A stretch of 63,336 bases of DNA, filler included, from Octopus bimaculoides (taxonomy: Eukaryota), in NCBI RefSeq assembly GCF_001194135.2. It is 9 parts of 7 records of this genome, joined end to end, with 100 filler letters (N's around TTAATTAATTAA, not from the genome) between each part and the next. Parts side by side here need not be neighbours in the genome. Positions count along the whole stretch, not along the records: positions 60,620 to 63,336 come from NW_026436466.1; 8 more parts are not named here. The stretch is one strand, 5' to 3'. This document shows, in pieces, positions 62,790-63,336 of this stretch (positions are counted from its first letter, which is position 1; the number at the start of each line of letters is the position of its first letter). The translations under genes and the position numbers were made by a program. The notes under the pieces are model-generated. The model did no database searches. It saw only the letters and a list, made by a program, of their open reading frames with translations, and had not been told where the DNA came from.

Positions 62790-63336
62790 TTTCCGAATGA
62801 TTGAAAGATGTAAAGAAATTCTCCGAGACATAATTTCGTGACGATTTCTTGCAGACCGTATTTGAGGGATTTTAAAGTAATTTCACATATTTCATGTAAT
62901 ATAATCTTTAATAAACTTAATCTAAATAAGCTCTGGCGTCTGTTTTTTTGTTTTCTTCGTCTTCTTTTTGTATATTTCAAAATTGAGAAAAGATCTTCTT
63001 AGAAATCGATATGCAAGTACATGATCATGAATAAGTGTGTGTACATGAAGGTACTTCCCTATGTAGATACTATTGTGTTAGCTAAATATTGAAAGCTGAA
63101 AATTGATAAAAGTACATATGTATATAAATGTACATCTAATAGATATACGTCTACTCACACACACACACACAGAGGCATATGCATTTGGGGGAATACAGAA
63201 TACCATGAAAAGGAGTAGAAATGTTTATTCAGTTGTTGCGAGGGAAACTCAGGAATTATGGAATAAAACCAAACGCTGCATGTTGAGTAAAACAAGAGCA
63301 TAAATTTCATCCTTATCACATATAGGTATATATATA

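Noticed and set aside
62756-62980. 74-aa minus ORF overlapping the zinc-finger last exon
   Set aside because: Antisense to the probable 3' UTR; no independent support.

Overview
AT-rich, microsatellite-dense animal genomic DNA with many assembly gaps. The SINE families, repeat content and C2H2 gene suggest a coleoid cephalopod (Octopus-like); this is inference. Most long ORFs in the track are artefacts of N-runs or microsatellites. The only well-supported host gene is an intron-containing C2H2 zinc-finger gene on + (61615-62789). Weaker exon-like signals occur at 19.5-31 kb (+) and 29-38.5 kb (-), and there are CpG-rich segments at about 49.9 and 55.1 kb. The rest is transposon-derived: Penelope-like elements (PLEs), R4/Dong, RTE and CR1/Jockey-group LINE fragments, three tRNA-derived SINE families, mariner, Tc1, pogo, Tigger and hAT relics, and several MITEs. 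The most interesting signal is a PLE family whose 3' end reads ORF - tRNA-like Pol III cassette - (AAT)n - minimal hammerhead ribozyme. One copy (40433-42293) has inverted ribozyme-bearing ends and a 12-bp target-site duplication. A separate short repeat family carries a variant (CUGUUGA) hammerhead core. No rRNA, true tRNA gene or CRISPR array was seen.
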